The translations under genes were made by a program, and so were the position numbers. Positions 39,941-50,600 of a stretch of 64,000 nt of DNA are shown here, piece after piece. The notes beneath the pieces are model-generated. The model was not told the origin of the DNA. It worked only from the letters and a program-made list of their open reading frames with translations, and did no database searches. Source of the DNA: Pyrinomonadaceae bacterium (GTDB lineage: Bacteria; Acidobacteriota; Blastocatellia; Pyrinomonadales; Pyrinomonadaceae); NCBI GenBank assembly GCA_046313635.1, contig JBKBYA010000004.1, forward strand, positions 128,001 to 192,000, in the 5' to 3' direction. Positions within the stretch are counted from its first letter, which is position 1, and the number at the start of each line of letters is the position of its first letter.

Positions 39941-40089
39941 GGCCGAGGCAGGTCGTTCTCTCTGCTTTGCGTCCTCTGCCGACACTTTGCGACCTTTGCG
40001 GTTAACCTCTTTCTTAACCGCAAAGAACGCAAAGCAGCCGCAAAGGACGCACTACTTTTTGCCTTGTGTGCTGAGGAGGAGCTGGTCGA

Positions 40090-40530
40090 GCCGAGGTGAT
40101 CGGCGAGGAGGTAGCTCACGCTTGACCCCGCCTGCATCCGCAGCTTGTTGTCGATGCCGTGGGCCATTGAGATACTTCGTGATCGTGCCGTCTGATGCTT
40201 CGTCCATAAGCACTTCCTCGCCCTCATACGTGAACTTCACCGTCCCCTTCACCCCACCCCGCCGCGCCACACGGCGGCCGAGCGCGTCGTAGACATACCG
40301 GATCACATGCTTGCGGTCCGTCGCCCGCGTCAGACGGTTCTCGTAGTCCCAAAAGTACGTCCAACGCTTTGATCCCTCGATCTTGTTTATCGTGCTCCCG
40401 TTCGCATCGTAGCCGTAGCTCGCCGTCTGCGTCGCCGTCAGCTTGTTGAACGGCTGGTATGAATAGCTGTTTGACCGGTGGCTCAATATCCGGTTACCAA
40501 CCGCATCGTAAACATAGCTACTCCGATCAA
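40090..40530 (-). pseudogene. Degenerate RHS/YD-repeat gene fragment
   Basis: YVYDAVGNR, YGYDANGS, WDYENRL and YVYDALGRR in one frame; the continuation 'HGIDNKLRMQAGSSVSYLLADHLGST' is in another frame. There is no intact N-terminus and no RHS core or toxin tip. Confidence 0.85.
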
Positions 40531-40640
40531 GTTGGTCAATATTACTGTTCGGGTAGGGATTCGTGGGACGCAATTTGTCGCACGCTCGTCTACTGCCGGA
40601 AGTGCTATCATCGGACAACAGACAAAGTGGAGAAGTTCTT

Positions 40641-41177
40641 ATGAAAAAGATCGCTGTATTTTTTTGCGTAGTCTTTTCATTGGCCGTCGCGGCGGTCTCG
40701 CAGACGCGGACGGTGACGAATCTTGACCTGCAGAAGTTTGAGCGGCAGAGGCTTGCCGACGAGCGCGAGTATCGCGAGACTTATGCGCGTCGCGGGATGC
40801 TTTCGCCGGAGGAGATTGACCGGCTCAATGATCAGCGGAGCAAGGAGATCATCGAGCTCGCGTCAAAGCTGCAATCGTCCGAGCTCGAACGCGAGAAGCT
40901 GCGCGCCGAGGTCGAGCTGCGGCGATACACGAGGCCGGTCGTCGTCGTCGCGGGCGGCGGGTATAAGTATCCGAGCGGTACGGTGTATGGCGGCTGGGAC
41001 GGGTTTGTGTTTGGCGATGCCTCTGGGCGTCGCGTTCGCGGCCGCGGCTATACGCCGCCGTATTACGCGGCGGGCGGCAGCACGTGGCCGGCACCGGTCG
41101 GGTCGGTCCATCGCGGAGCTCCGCTGTTTCGCATCCGGCCGCGGCCGCCGATCATCATCGTGCCGCCGAGGCGGTAA
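40641..41177 (+). CDS. Secreted hypothetical protein
   Basis: Signal peptide MKKIAVFFCVVFSLAVAAVSQ with GGAG RBS; 'RTVTNLDL' motif, coiled coil, and a Gly/Tyr/Pro-rich tail. Confidence 0.7.
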   Translation: MKKIAVFFCVVFSLAVAAVSQTRTVTNLDLQKFERQRLADEREYRETYARRGMLSPEEIDRLNDQRSKEIIELASKLQSSELEREKLRAEVELRRYTRPVVVVAGGGYKYPSGTVYGGWDGFVFGDASGRRVRGRGYTPPYYAAGGSTWPAPVGSVHRGAPLFRIRPRPPIIIVPPRR

Positions 41178-41244
41178 ACGGGAATTAATTTTGTGTTTGA
41201 ATTGACGCGGATTATCATTTGATGGTTCGCGTCTTTATTTGTCT

Positions 41245-42714
41245 ATGAAAGAAGGTTGGGAAGCCGTCATCGGAATGGAGATCCACGCGCAGCTCGCGAG
41301 CGCGACCAAGATCTTCTGCTCGTGCCCGGTCGAGGTCGGCGGCGAGCCGAACTCAAACACCTGTCCGGTCTGCCTCGGTCTGCCCGGCGCTCTGCCTGTG
41401 CTCAATCGCCGCGTCGTCGAGCTCGGTGCTCGTGCCGCGCTCGCGCTCGGGCTCGAGATCCAGGAGACGTCCGTCTTCGCGCGCAAGAATTACTTTTATC
41501 CCGACCTGCCAAAGGGCTACCAGATCTCGCAGTACGACAAGCCCTTCTCGGCAAACGGCACGCTCACGATCATGACCGCCGAACGCGACGAGCACGGCCA
41601 CGCGCAGGAGTGGCGGCCGATGTCCATTCACATCCAGCGAATGCACCTCGAAGAGGATGCCGGCAAGAACGTCCACGAGGGACTGCCCGACACCGACAAG
41701 TACTCGTACATCGATCTCAACCGCGCCGGCACGCCGCTCGGCGAGATCGTGACGTCGCCCGACTTTCGCACGTCGTGGCAGGCCTACGACTATGTGAATC
41801 ACGTCCGACGCGTGCTGCAGTGGGTCGGCGCGAGCGACGCGGATATGGAAAAGGGAAACCTCCGCTGCGAGGCAAACGTCTCGGTGCGGCGCGTCGGCGA
41901 GGACAAGTTCAACAACAAGGTCGAATTAAAAAATCTCAACTCCGTCCGCTTTATGCAAAAGGCGATCGAGTACGAGATCGAGCGCCAGATCGCCGCGCAC
42001 GAATCGGGCGAGGGCGTCCAGCAGGAGACGCGTCTCTGGGACGAAAAGAACAACCGCACGCGCGTGATGCGCTCTAAAGAGGACGCGCACGACTACCGAT
42101 ACTTTCCCGAGCCCGACCTGCAGCCGCTGCGTGTCGAGGCCGCGTGGATCGAGACCGTAAAGCGCGAGATGCCCGAGCTGCCCGACGCGATGCGCGAGCG
42201 GATGATGGCGGAATATTCGCTCTCGTATGCAGACGCTTCGCAGCTCGTAAGTGAAAAGTCGCTCGCCGAGCTGTACGAGGCGGCCGCCCGCGCTTCGGGC
42301 AATCCGCGGACGACGGCGAACTTCGTTCTGTCGGAGCTGCTCCGCGAATTGAACAACTCGGGCAAGACGGCCGCCGAGTCGCCGGTCACCGCCGAGCATC
42401 TCGCCGACCTCGTCAAGACGCTCGACGCCGGCAAGATCAACAACAACCAGGCCAAGGAAGTGCTGGTCGAGATGTTCGCCTCGGGCAAGTCGGCCGCCGA
42501 CGTGATCGCCGAAAAGGGCTTTGAGCAGATCTCCGACGCCGCGGCGATCGGGAGGATCGTCGACGACGTCATCGCCGCCAACGCAAAGAACGTCGAGGCC
42601 TACCGCGGCGGCAACGAAAAGCTTTTCGGCTTCTTCGTCGGCCAGGTGATGAAGGCTTCGCAGGGCAAGGCAAATCCAAAGATCGTGAACGACGTGCTCA
42701 AGCAAAAGCTGTAG
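41245..42714 (+). CDS. gatB: Asp-tRNA(Asn)/Glu-tRNA(Gln) amidotransferase subunit B
   Basis: VIGMEIHAQL, RKNYFYPDLPKGYQISQ, HLEEDAGK, YRYFPEPDL, GFFVGQVMK. Confidence 0.97.
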   Translation: MKEGWEAVIGMEIHAQLASATKIFCSCPVEVGGEPNSNTCPVCLGLPGALPVLNRRVVELGARAALALGLEIQETSVFARKNYFYPDLPKGYQISQYDKPFSANGTLTIMTAERDEHGHAQEWRPMSIHIQRMHLEEDAGKNVHEGLPDTDKYSYIDLNRAGTPLGEIVTSPDFRTSWQAYDYVNHVRRVLQWVGASDADMEKGNLRCEANVSVRRVGEDKFNNKVELKNLNSVRFMQKAIEYEIERQIAAHESGEGVQQETRLWDEKNNRTRVMRSKEDAHDYRYFPEPDLQPLRVEAAWIETVKREMPELPDAMRERMMAEYSLSYADASQLVSEKSLAELYEAAARASGNPRTTANFVLSELLRELNNSGKTAAESPVTAEHLADLVKTLDAGKINNNQAKEVLVEMFASGKSAADVIAEKGFEQISDAAAIGRIVDDVIAANAKNVEAYRGGNEKLFGFFVGQVMKASQGKANPKIVNDVLKQKL

Positions 42715-42754
42715 CATGTCTTCGGACAAATAAAAGGTTAAGGAGGTAAAGGCG

Positions 42755-43684
42755 GTGCCGATTCGCAGTTTAGGTTTTATCTCGATGGTCCTTCTTCTCA
42801 CGGCCCCGATCATCTCCACGCCCGCGCAGTCGCCGCGAGACCGCACCGAGCGCGATCTCGAACGCAGAATGCAGGACATGCGGGCCCTCGATCAGGTAGC
42901 GCGCCGGAGGCCGCCGCGTTCGCTGCGTCAGCCCGAGCTGACCCGTGCGCAGAAAGAATACGTACAGACAGCACGGCGGATCGAGACGGACGTCGTCCAG
43001 CAGTACGCGGCCTTGCTTGTACAGCCGCGGACCGGAGTATTCAAACTGTTTCCCGACCTGCGATGTTTCGAGGATAAGGTAGTACGACTCGACGACGAAT
43101 GCACCAAGGCCGTGCCGCTGAGCTCGGCCTTTAACTTTCGCGAGGGAGCGTACGGCGACGTCGATTATCACGATATCTGGTTTGACCGCGGCCGGCTCGT
43201 GAGCGCCGGATTCTTTTCGCAGGGCATCATCGCGTCGCTTGGCGACGTGCCGCTCGAGAGCGTCGGCGTCGAAACGCCGGCCGTGACGACGCTGGTGTCG
43301 GTCAGGCCTGAGACAACGGCCTCGGCCGCGGCCGCCGCAGCCCGACGATTTCGCGACGGCGTCGATGCCGGCGGCATTTTGCTCGCCGACAGCGTCGAGC
43401 CGCAGGCGGGCCGCACTTATGCGATCAGGCTGATAGCGTACCGCCTGTCAAACTCGCTGCCGCCCGTGGACCGGCAGACGTCGGAGACCGAATTGATGCT
43501 TCACAGCCTCGCGTTTGATAAGCGGCTCGATATCGTCGTCGCTTTTAGAGTTGTCAGACGCGACAGTGAGACCGGCGGCCTGACGATCGTTTGGCGAGAG
43601 CTTGCACGTCACGACGCGGACAAATTGAGATTTGGAAAGGGGGAATTGATGGCGGACTTTAAGCCGCCGCGACCGTTAGAATGA
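42755..43684 (+). CDS. Secreted hypothetical protein
   Basis: 309-aa ORF with a GTG start after AGGAGGT, a signal-peptide-like N-terminus, and an ATGA overlap with the next gene. Confidence 0.7.
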   Translation: MPIRSLGFISMVLLLTAPIISTPAQSPRDRTERDLERRMQDMRALDQVARRRPPRSLRQPELTRAQKEYVQTARRIETDVVQQYAALLVQPRTGVFKLFPDLRCFEDKVVRLDDECTKAVPLSSAFNFREGAYGDVDYHDIWFDRGRLVSAGFFSQGIIASLGDVPLESVGVETPAVTTLVSVRPETTASAAAAAARRFRDGVDAGGILLADSVEPQAGRTYAIRLIAYRLSNSLPPVDRQTSETELMLHSLAFDKRLDIVVAFRVVRRDSETGGLTIVWRELARHDADKLRFGKGELMADFKPPRPLE

Positions 43685-44400
43685 GCACGATCAAAGGCAA
43701 GGCGGCCGTCGTGACCGGCGGCACAAAAGGAATAGGTTTGGCCATTGCGTCGGCACTCATCCGTGAAGGTGCACGCGTCTTTGTGTGCGCCCGCGATGCG
43801 GGCGAGGTCGATTCGGCCGTGCGCGAATTGTCGGCGGCGGGCGAAGCGGCGGGCACCGCTTGCGACGTCCGCAGCGAAGATCAGGTGCGCGGGATGCTCG
43901 ACGAATGCGGGCACCGTTTCGGCGGCGTCGACATTCTCGTCAATAACGCCGGCATCGGCATCATCGGCAAGACCGTCGAGGAGATGTCGGGCGACGAATT
44001 CCGGCAGACGCTCGAGACAAATCTCTTTGGCGTCTTTTACGCCTGCCACTACGCCGTGCCGATGATGCGGCAGCGCGGCGGCGGCTACATCATCAACATC
44101 TCTTCGCTCGCCGGGCAGAACGCGCACCCGCGGATGGCCGCGTACAACGCGTCGAAATTCGGACTCAACGGATTCTCAGAGGCGCTGATGCAGGAGGTCC
44201 GGCAGGACGACATCAAGGTGAGCTATATTTGTCCCGGGAGCGTCAACACGCACTTTGGCGGCGACGAGCCGAGCGAGCAGAATTCTTGGCAGCTCCAACC
44301 CGAGGATATCGCTCAGGTCGTCATCGATCTTCTCAAAATGAAAACGCGTGCGCTGCCCAGCAAGATCGAGATCCGCCCGAGCAAGCCGCCCGCAAAGTAG
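43681..44400 (+). CDS. Short-chain dehydrogenase/reductase
   Basis: TGGTKGIG, NNAGIG, catalytic YNASK. Confidence 0.93.
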   Translation: MSTIKGKAAVVTGGTKGIGLAIASALIREGARVFVCARDAGEVDSAVRELSAAGEAAGTACDVRSEDQVRGMLDECGHRFGGVDILVNNAGIGIIGKTVEEMSGDEFRQTLETNLFGVFYACHYAVPMMRQRGGGYIINISSLAGQNAHPRMAAYNASKFGLNGFSEALMQEVRQDDIKVSYICPGSVNTHFGGDEPSEQNSWQLQPEDIAQVVIDLLKMKTRALPSKIEIRPSKPPAK

Positions 44401-44740
44401 AGAAAACAAGAATGACCGAAAAGAAGAGAGGCGTCTGAAGGTCTTCGGACGTCTCCCTTCGCCGAGCGGAAAAGCTATGCTTTTCCGACAGCGCCCTTCC
44501 AAGTTTTTCGCGGCTATGCCGCCCGGCGGCGAAGCCGCTGCAGCCAATGTGCCGAATCGGACGGAAAAGCGAAGCTTTTCCGCTCGGCAAAAGGAGATTT
44601 CAAACAAGCGACCTGTAGTGGCGTTGAGTTTTACGCTCTAGCTGACCTGCGGGATACTGCATCAAATAAGAGGCCGCCTTCGGACGGCCTCTTCCGCATT
44701 TATCCAGCTATCTTTCCTTCGATGCAGGACCGCGAGGCTT

Positions 44741-46249
44741 CTAGATCGCCGCGGGTGCGACGCCTAGAAAGCGCTCTACCGTCTTCATCAGCGTCTCCGG
44801 GCCGAACGGTTTGGTGATAAAGCCGTTCGCTCCGGCGGCGATCCCTTTTGCTTCTTCGTAGACCCCGTCTTTGCCCGAGATCATGACCACGGGCACCTCG
44901 CGTGTCGTTGGATTGGTGCGTATGGTGCGGCAGATGTCGTAGCCGTCGACCTTTGCCAGTGTGATGTCGAGTAGCACGAGGTCGGGCGTGAGGTCGCGGA
45001 TCAACGCTGCGGCCGCGCGGCCGTCCTCGGCGCAGACGACCGAGTACCCGCGCTCCTCGAGCTTCGCTCCGATGAGTCTGCGGATGACCGAATTGTCCTC
45101 GACGACGAGTATCGTCGCAGGTGCCTCGCCTAGGTTCGCGACGCTGTCAACGGCCTCGACATTCGAGTGGCGGTCGAGATCGTCGGCGACGATGTCGGCG
45201 ATCTCCTCCGCCGGGATGGCGGCTACATCGAGGCCGTCGGGCGGCGTGAGCTCAAGCACGTCGTCGGTGTCGTCGAGGGCCATTTGGCCGCCGCTCTCCG
45301 AGACGTAAACGGTCGCGGCGGACGCTTCGGTCTCGGCGGGCGAAAGTTTGTCTACGCTCGGGCTTGGGGCCTCTGTCGTGTCGTCGCTCACGCGGTCGCC
45401 CGACGGCTCGGCCGTTTCGGCGCCGGAGGGCGAACCTTCGAGCGAGGCGGCCGCGAAGACGGGCTTTAGCGATTCGATCATAGACCGCGCAAATTCGTTG
45501 TCAGGATCGATGGCAAGCAGCATCTCGCACGTTCTGAACCGCTCGGCGAGATCGGTCGCCAGATGAGCCTTCAGCTCCCATGCTTCAGCCGCCGCCGGGA
45601 ACCGCGATATCATCGCGTCGACCGCCTCGATAGCGGATGCGGCGTCGCCCGCCGCCGCCAATTGCCGTGCGCGTGCGATCATCGCGCTCGCGATCTTGTC
45701 GTTGGCCGAGCGAAGTGCGGCGCGGGCCTCTTCGTTCTCCGGGTCGACGGCCAGCACGCGGTCGAGACAGGCCAGCCGCGTCTCGTCGGTCTCTGCGATC
45801 GACGCTAGAGCGAGCCAGGCCGAGCCGTTATCGGCGTCAAATTCGATCGCGTCCTCAAGGCACCGTCGTGCCGTATCGACGCCGCCGTCGTTAAGGGCGT
45901 CGAGCCCGCGCTGGACGAGCGTGCGCGCCATAAGCAGGCGGGTCGATGAGCGCCACATCTTTGCCTTTTCATTGTCGGGGTTGATCTCGAGCGCGCGGTC
46001 AAGACAAGCGAGCAGCTCCTCGGGATACTCGCTGATCGACGCGAGCCACATCCAGACGCTTTCGCTTCGCGGCTCGATCTCTGCGGCGGCGTGCAGCAGC
46101 TCTCGGGCCTTGACCCGCTCGCCCGCTTGAGCCGAGCGGACTCCGGCGGCAAGGAGGTCGTCGAATCTGCTCGTCTCGTTCGTTTGCAGCTCGGTCGCGT
46201 GGGCGGCGGGCCGCGGATCGGATGGCCGGGCCTGAAGGTCGAATCTCAT
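44741..46249 (-). CDS. TPR-repeat protein with C-terminal response regulator receiver domain
   Basis: Repeated 'WL.LA....E...ACLDR.L...P.NE.A' TPR units, an acidic linker, then ILVVEDN...LVLLDITL...FITKPF. Confidence 0.88.
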   Translation of the reverse strand: MRFDLQARPSDPRPAAHATELQTNETSRFDDLLAAGVRSAQAGERVKARELLHAAAEIEPRSESVWMWLASISEYPEELLACLDRALEINPDNEKAKMWRSSTRLLMARTLVQRGLDALNDGGVDTARRCLEDAIEFDADNGSAWLALASIAETDETRLACLDRVLAVDPENEEARAALRSANDKIASAMIARARQLAAAGDAASAIEAVDAMISRFPAAAEAWELKAHLATDLAERFRTCEMLLAIDPDNEFARSMIESLKPVFAAASLEGSPSGAETAEPSGDRVSDDTTEAPSPSVDKLSPAETEASAATVYVSESGGQMALDDTDDVLELTPPDGLDVAAIPAEEIADIVADDLDRHSNVEAVDSVANLGEAPATILVVEDNSVIRRLIGAKLEERGYSVVCAEDGRAAAALIRDLTPDLVLLDITLAKVDGYDICRTIRTNPTTREVPVVMISGKDGVYEEAKGIAAGANGFITKPFGPETLMKTVERFLGVAPAAI

Positions 46250-46507
46250 AAGGTCTTGTTCACTGATACAGGTAAGCGGCTAGAGTTCGCTCCGGCGAAC
46301 GCGTCGTTCGATCGCCGAGGCGAAAAGCGCAAGGCTCCCGCACTATTCGCAATAACGATGCCAGCGGGAATGTCGGATGAGATCGCGGCTCAGCGGCCGC
46401 GCCGCGCGGCCAACGCCCGCAGATACGGAGCTTTGTCTGCTGTTGACGAATGCCGCGCTTTCGGCGCCGAGGCGTTCGTGACATAAAATGTCAGGCGGCG
46501 GCTGACA

Positions 46508-47458
46508 TTTTGATGACTCCGGCGGAGACGATCTCTGACTGACGACACTCCATCTCACGACGTTTTGCTGATCGGCGGCGGCCCCGCGGGGCTCTCGGCG
46601 CTGCTATGGTGCTCGCGGCTTGGGCTCGACGCGCTTCTGCTCGAGCGCGGCAAAGAACTCGGCGGCCAATTGTTGTCGATCTTTGCTCCGATAACCGACC
46701 ACCTCGGCGTGAGCGCGGCGAGCGGGCGCGAGCTCGGCGAGCGTTTTGTCGACGGGCTCGGGCCGCTTGCTGCAAAGGCAAGATCCTCTGCCGGAGTTCG
46801 CGAGCTCGATGCAGACGCTCTCGCGGTGACGCTCGATAACGGCGAGCGTATCTCGGCGCGGGCGATCGTCATCGCAACAGGCGTCAGGCGGCGTGAGCTG
46901 GGTGTGCCGGGCGAGAAGGACTTTGCCGGCCGCGGGATACTGCGGTCCGGAGCCCTCGAGCGCGAGTCGGTCCGCGGCCTGCGCGTCGCGATCGTGGGCG
47001 GCGGCGATGCGGCGATAGAGAATGCGATCATCCTCAGCGAGACCGCGGCGAGCGTGACCGTGATCCACCGCGGAGCGGCGCTGGGCGCGCGGCCGGAGTT
47101 TCAGCAAGAGGCTCGGCGCCGGTCGAACGTGCAGTTCTTGATGTCGACGGTCGTCGAGCGATTCGGCGGCGGAGAGCGCCTCGAGTCTCTCGATGTATCG
47201 TCAGACGACGGCCGCGAGCGGCTCGAGATCGACGCGGCGCTCGTAAGGATCGGCGTGGTTCCGAATTCGGAATTTCTGCGCAGCGCGGTGATGCTCGACG
47301 ATCGCGGCTACGTCAAGATCGATGCCGAGTGCCGGACGAGCTGCGAGAGGATCTTTGCCGTGGGCGATGTCGCACGCCCTACGGCGCCGACGATCAGCGC
47401 CGCGGTCGGCGACGGCTCGATCGCGGCCAAGTCGATTTGTTTGTTGATTAATGGATAA
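46508..47458 (+). CDS. Thioredoxin reductase-like FAD/NAD(P) oxidoreductase lacking the CxxC motif
   Basis: DVLLIGGGPAG, IATG, VAIVGGGDAAIE, IFAVGDV. The start is uncertain and lies upstream of the ORF-track start at 46565, since the conserved DVL residues precede it. Confidence 0.85.
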
Positions 47459-47658
47459 ATCCGGCTATAATGCTCGATAAATTTCCAACCGAAATTTTGA
47501 ATTAAATCCAAAAAAATAATCCTCCCGGGCGGGCTCAAGTGCTGGAAGTCCCCGAAACTGGTACAGAAGGGGCGTTTCAGCGTTGATTCAAACTGGAACA
47601 TTTCATGCGTCTTCATTATTTCGCCGTAAATTACACTACCCGACCTTTAGGAGGAGCT

Positions 47659-50600
47659 ATGAGGTTTACCAATCGTAGGATCGCGGTTTTCCTGACAGCG
47701 CTGTGCCTGCTGACGGCCCTTGCGACAAGCATCGCCGCACAGACCGGCACATCGTCCATTCGGGGAACCGTCGCCGATCCGCAAGGGAACATCGTCGCCG
47801 GCGCAAGCGTGACGCTGACGAGCACAACCAAGGCGTTTACGCGAACGCAGGTGACCAATTCTGACGGTCTGTACGTCTTTACCGCGGTCCCGCCGGATAC
47901 ATACAGCATCTCGGTCGAAGCGTCCGGATTCAAAAAGGCGGTCGTCTCCGATGTGCAGGCCCTGGTCGACACGCCCAAGACGGTCGACATCGCAATGGAG
48001 GTTGGCCAAGTGACCGAGACGGTGACCGTCTCGGGAGCGGGCGAGGCCCCGATCAACACGACCGACGCGAGTCTCGGCAACACTTTTACCTCGCAGCAGG
48101 TCATCCAACTGCCGCTCTCGGCCCGCAACACGCCGGACCTGCTCTCGCTGCAGCCGGGCGTCGCGCCGGACGGCGCGGTCAACGGCGGGCGCTCCGACCA
48201 GGCAAACGTAACGCTCGACGGTGTCGATGTGAACGAGCAGCAAGGCGGACGGGCCTTTTTCAGTGTGCTCCGCGTAACGCCCGAGGCCCTGCAGGAGTTC
48301 CGCGTGACCACGACGAATGCCGGTGCCGAATTTGGCCGTTCATCAGGAGCACAGGTTTCGCTCATCACGCGGTCAGGGTCTAATAATTTCAACGGTTCGC
48401 TGTACCTGTACTACCGACCGAAGACCTGGCTCCAGGCAAACGACTTTTTTAACAATCTTGCCGGCGTGCCCGTGACTCCTCGAGAGCGCCGTAATTACGG
48501 CGGATCGTTCCTTGGCCCGATCAAAAAGGACAAACTCTTCTTCTCGTTCTTTTACGAACGGTTCGAAGAGAATACAGCCGTCGGCGTCACCCGCGAGGTG
48601 CCTCTGCCGAGCTTGGGGCAGGGACTGGTCAAATACATCGTCTCGGGAGCGATCCCTGCGGGGCCGTGTCAGCCGACCGTATCCGGAAACGTCGCGACAC
48701 TCACCGCCGCTCAGATCAACACCTGCTATTCTGCCGTGAACGGCGTAGCACCTGGCGTGAATCCGGCCGCGCTCGCTTTGCTGGCGACGGCAGCTCAGCG
48801 ATATCCGGCCAACAGCACCGGGGCCGGCGACGGACTGAATACAAGCGGCTTCCGATTTAACGCGCCGACGCCGAAGCGTTGGAATTCCGCGACTACCCGC
48901 ATCGACTGGAAGCCGACGGGCAGCCAGGAGGTCTTTGCCCGGTATCAGTACCAATTCGACAACGATCAGAATGCCGCACGGTTCCCGGATACGCCTGCTC
49001 CCAAGACCTGGAAACACCCGCAAGGCCTCGCCGCGGGACATACCTGGACGATAAACAGCAAGATGGTGAATAAGTTCACGTACGGACTCACCCGCGACGC
49101 TTTTACGGTGGGCGGCGATTCGACACAGAACTTCTTCAGCTTTCGCTTCATCTTTCAGCCCTTCAATTATTCGAGAACGCTTAGTCGCGTGACGCCGGTT
49201 CACAACTTCGCAGACGACTTCTCGTGGGTGATCGGCAATCACACGATCAGCGCGGGAGCCAATGTGAGGCTGATCTCGAATCAGAGAACATCCTTTGGCG
49301 CCTCTTTTGACACGGCGACGACAAATCCGTCCTTCTACGACTGCTCGGGCGACGTCGTGCTGTTCGACGCCGACACCTGCAGCTCGTCGATCTTCCCGTC
49401 GGTCGCTGCCGGCTCGCAGACCGACCTGCGCGATGCCTTGACGGCTGTCATCGGCCGCTTTTCGCAGTATGGCGTAAACCTTCAATATGCCAAGAGCGGA
49501 TCGCTCCAGGCTCCGGGAACGGGCGTGGCGCGTAACTTCAAGACCGAGGAATACGAATGGTACGTTCAGGACGCCTGGAAGATGTTCCCGAACCTCCAGG
49601 TCAACTACGGTCTGCGATGGTCGACCTCCACTCCGGTTTACGAGGCTAATGGCGTGCAGGTCAAGCCGACGTCGAGCCTGAGCGACTTCTTTGACCGCCG
49701 AGTTGCGGGAATGGAGAGCGCTCAGCCGTACAACGCCCTGATCAGCGTCGACCTCGCGGGCAAGGCGAATAACAGGTCGGGCTACTACTCGCAGGATTGG
49801 AATAATTTTGCCCCTGCGGTATCGGCCGCATGGTCGCCGAATTTCAAGAATCGCTTTCTGAAGACGATCTTCGGCGACAACAACAAGAGCGTCATTCGCG
49901 GCGGTTTTCGAATGACATACGACCGCATCGGCAGCGCTCTGGCAGTGGCATTCGACCTGAACTCGACTCTCGGATATTCGTCGTCAAAGTCCGTCTCGGC
50001 GAATACCTACAACGTCAGCGACCGGCTCGGGCCGCTGTTCACCGGTCTCGGCCAGAACTACCGCACGCTGCCGAACATCACGATCCCTCCGACGATCTCG
50101 TTCCCGCTGCAGACACCGCCGGACGAGGACCTGCGTATCGAGCAGTCGCTCGACGACAAGCTGACCACGCCGTATCACTACAACTGGAACGTGTCGTACG
50201 GCCGCGAACTCTGGAAGGGGATCGCCGTCGAGGCGAGCTATGTCGGCAGCCTCGGCAGAAAACTCCTGGTCTCGCGTGACGTCGCTCACTTTAACAACCT
50301 AAAGGACCCGACAAGCGGCCAGACGTTTTACAGCGTGATGCGCCAGCTGCTCGACTATCGAGCGGTCAACACACCGATCACGGCTATCCCGAACATCGCG
50401 TGGTTCAACCGCTTCGTACCCGGACTCGCCGGTACGTATAACGTCTGCGGCGTCGCAACGCCGCTGACGGCAACCCAGGCAGCGTACCGTCGTGTCGCCC
50501 GTGCGACCGTCAACAGCGCCGGAGCAACCTGCTTGGGCGGCCGCAATACGAACGACTACACGTTTGTGCAGCTCTTGTGGGACGACGGACTCGGATTTGG

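Noticed and set aside
47460..47650. AT-rich stretch upstream of the Oar-like receptor, considered as an ncRNA
   Set aside because: Consistent with an ordinary promoter region; I could not identify a recognisable RNA motif by eye.
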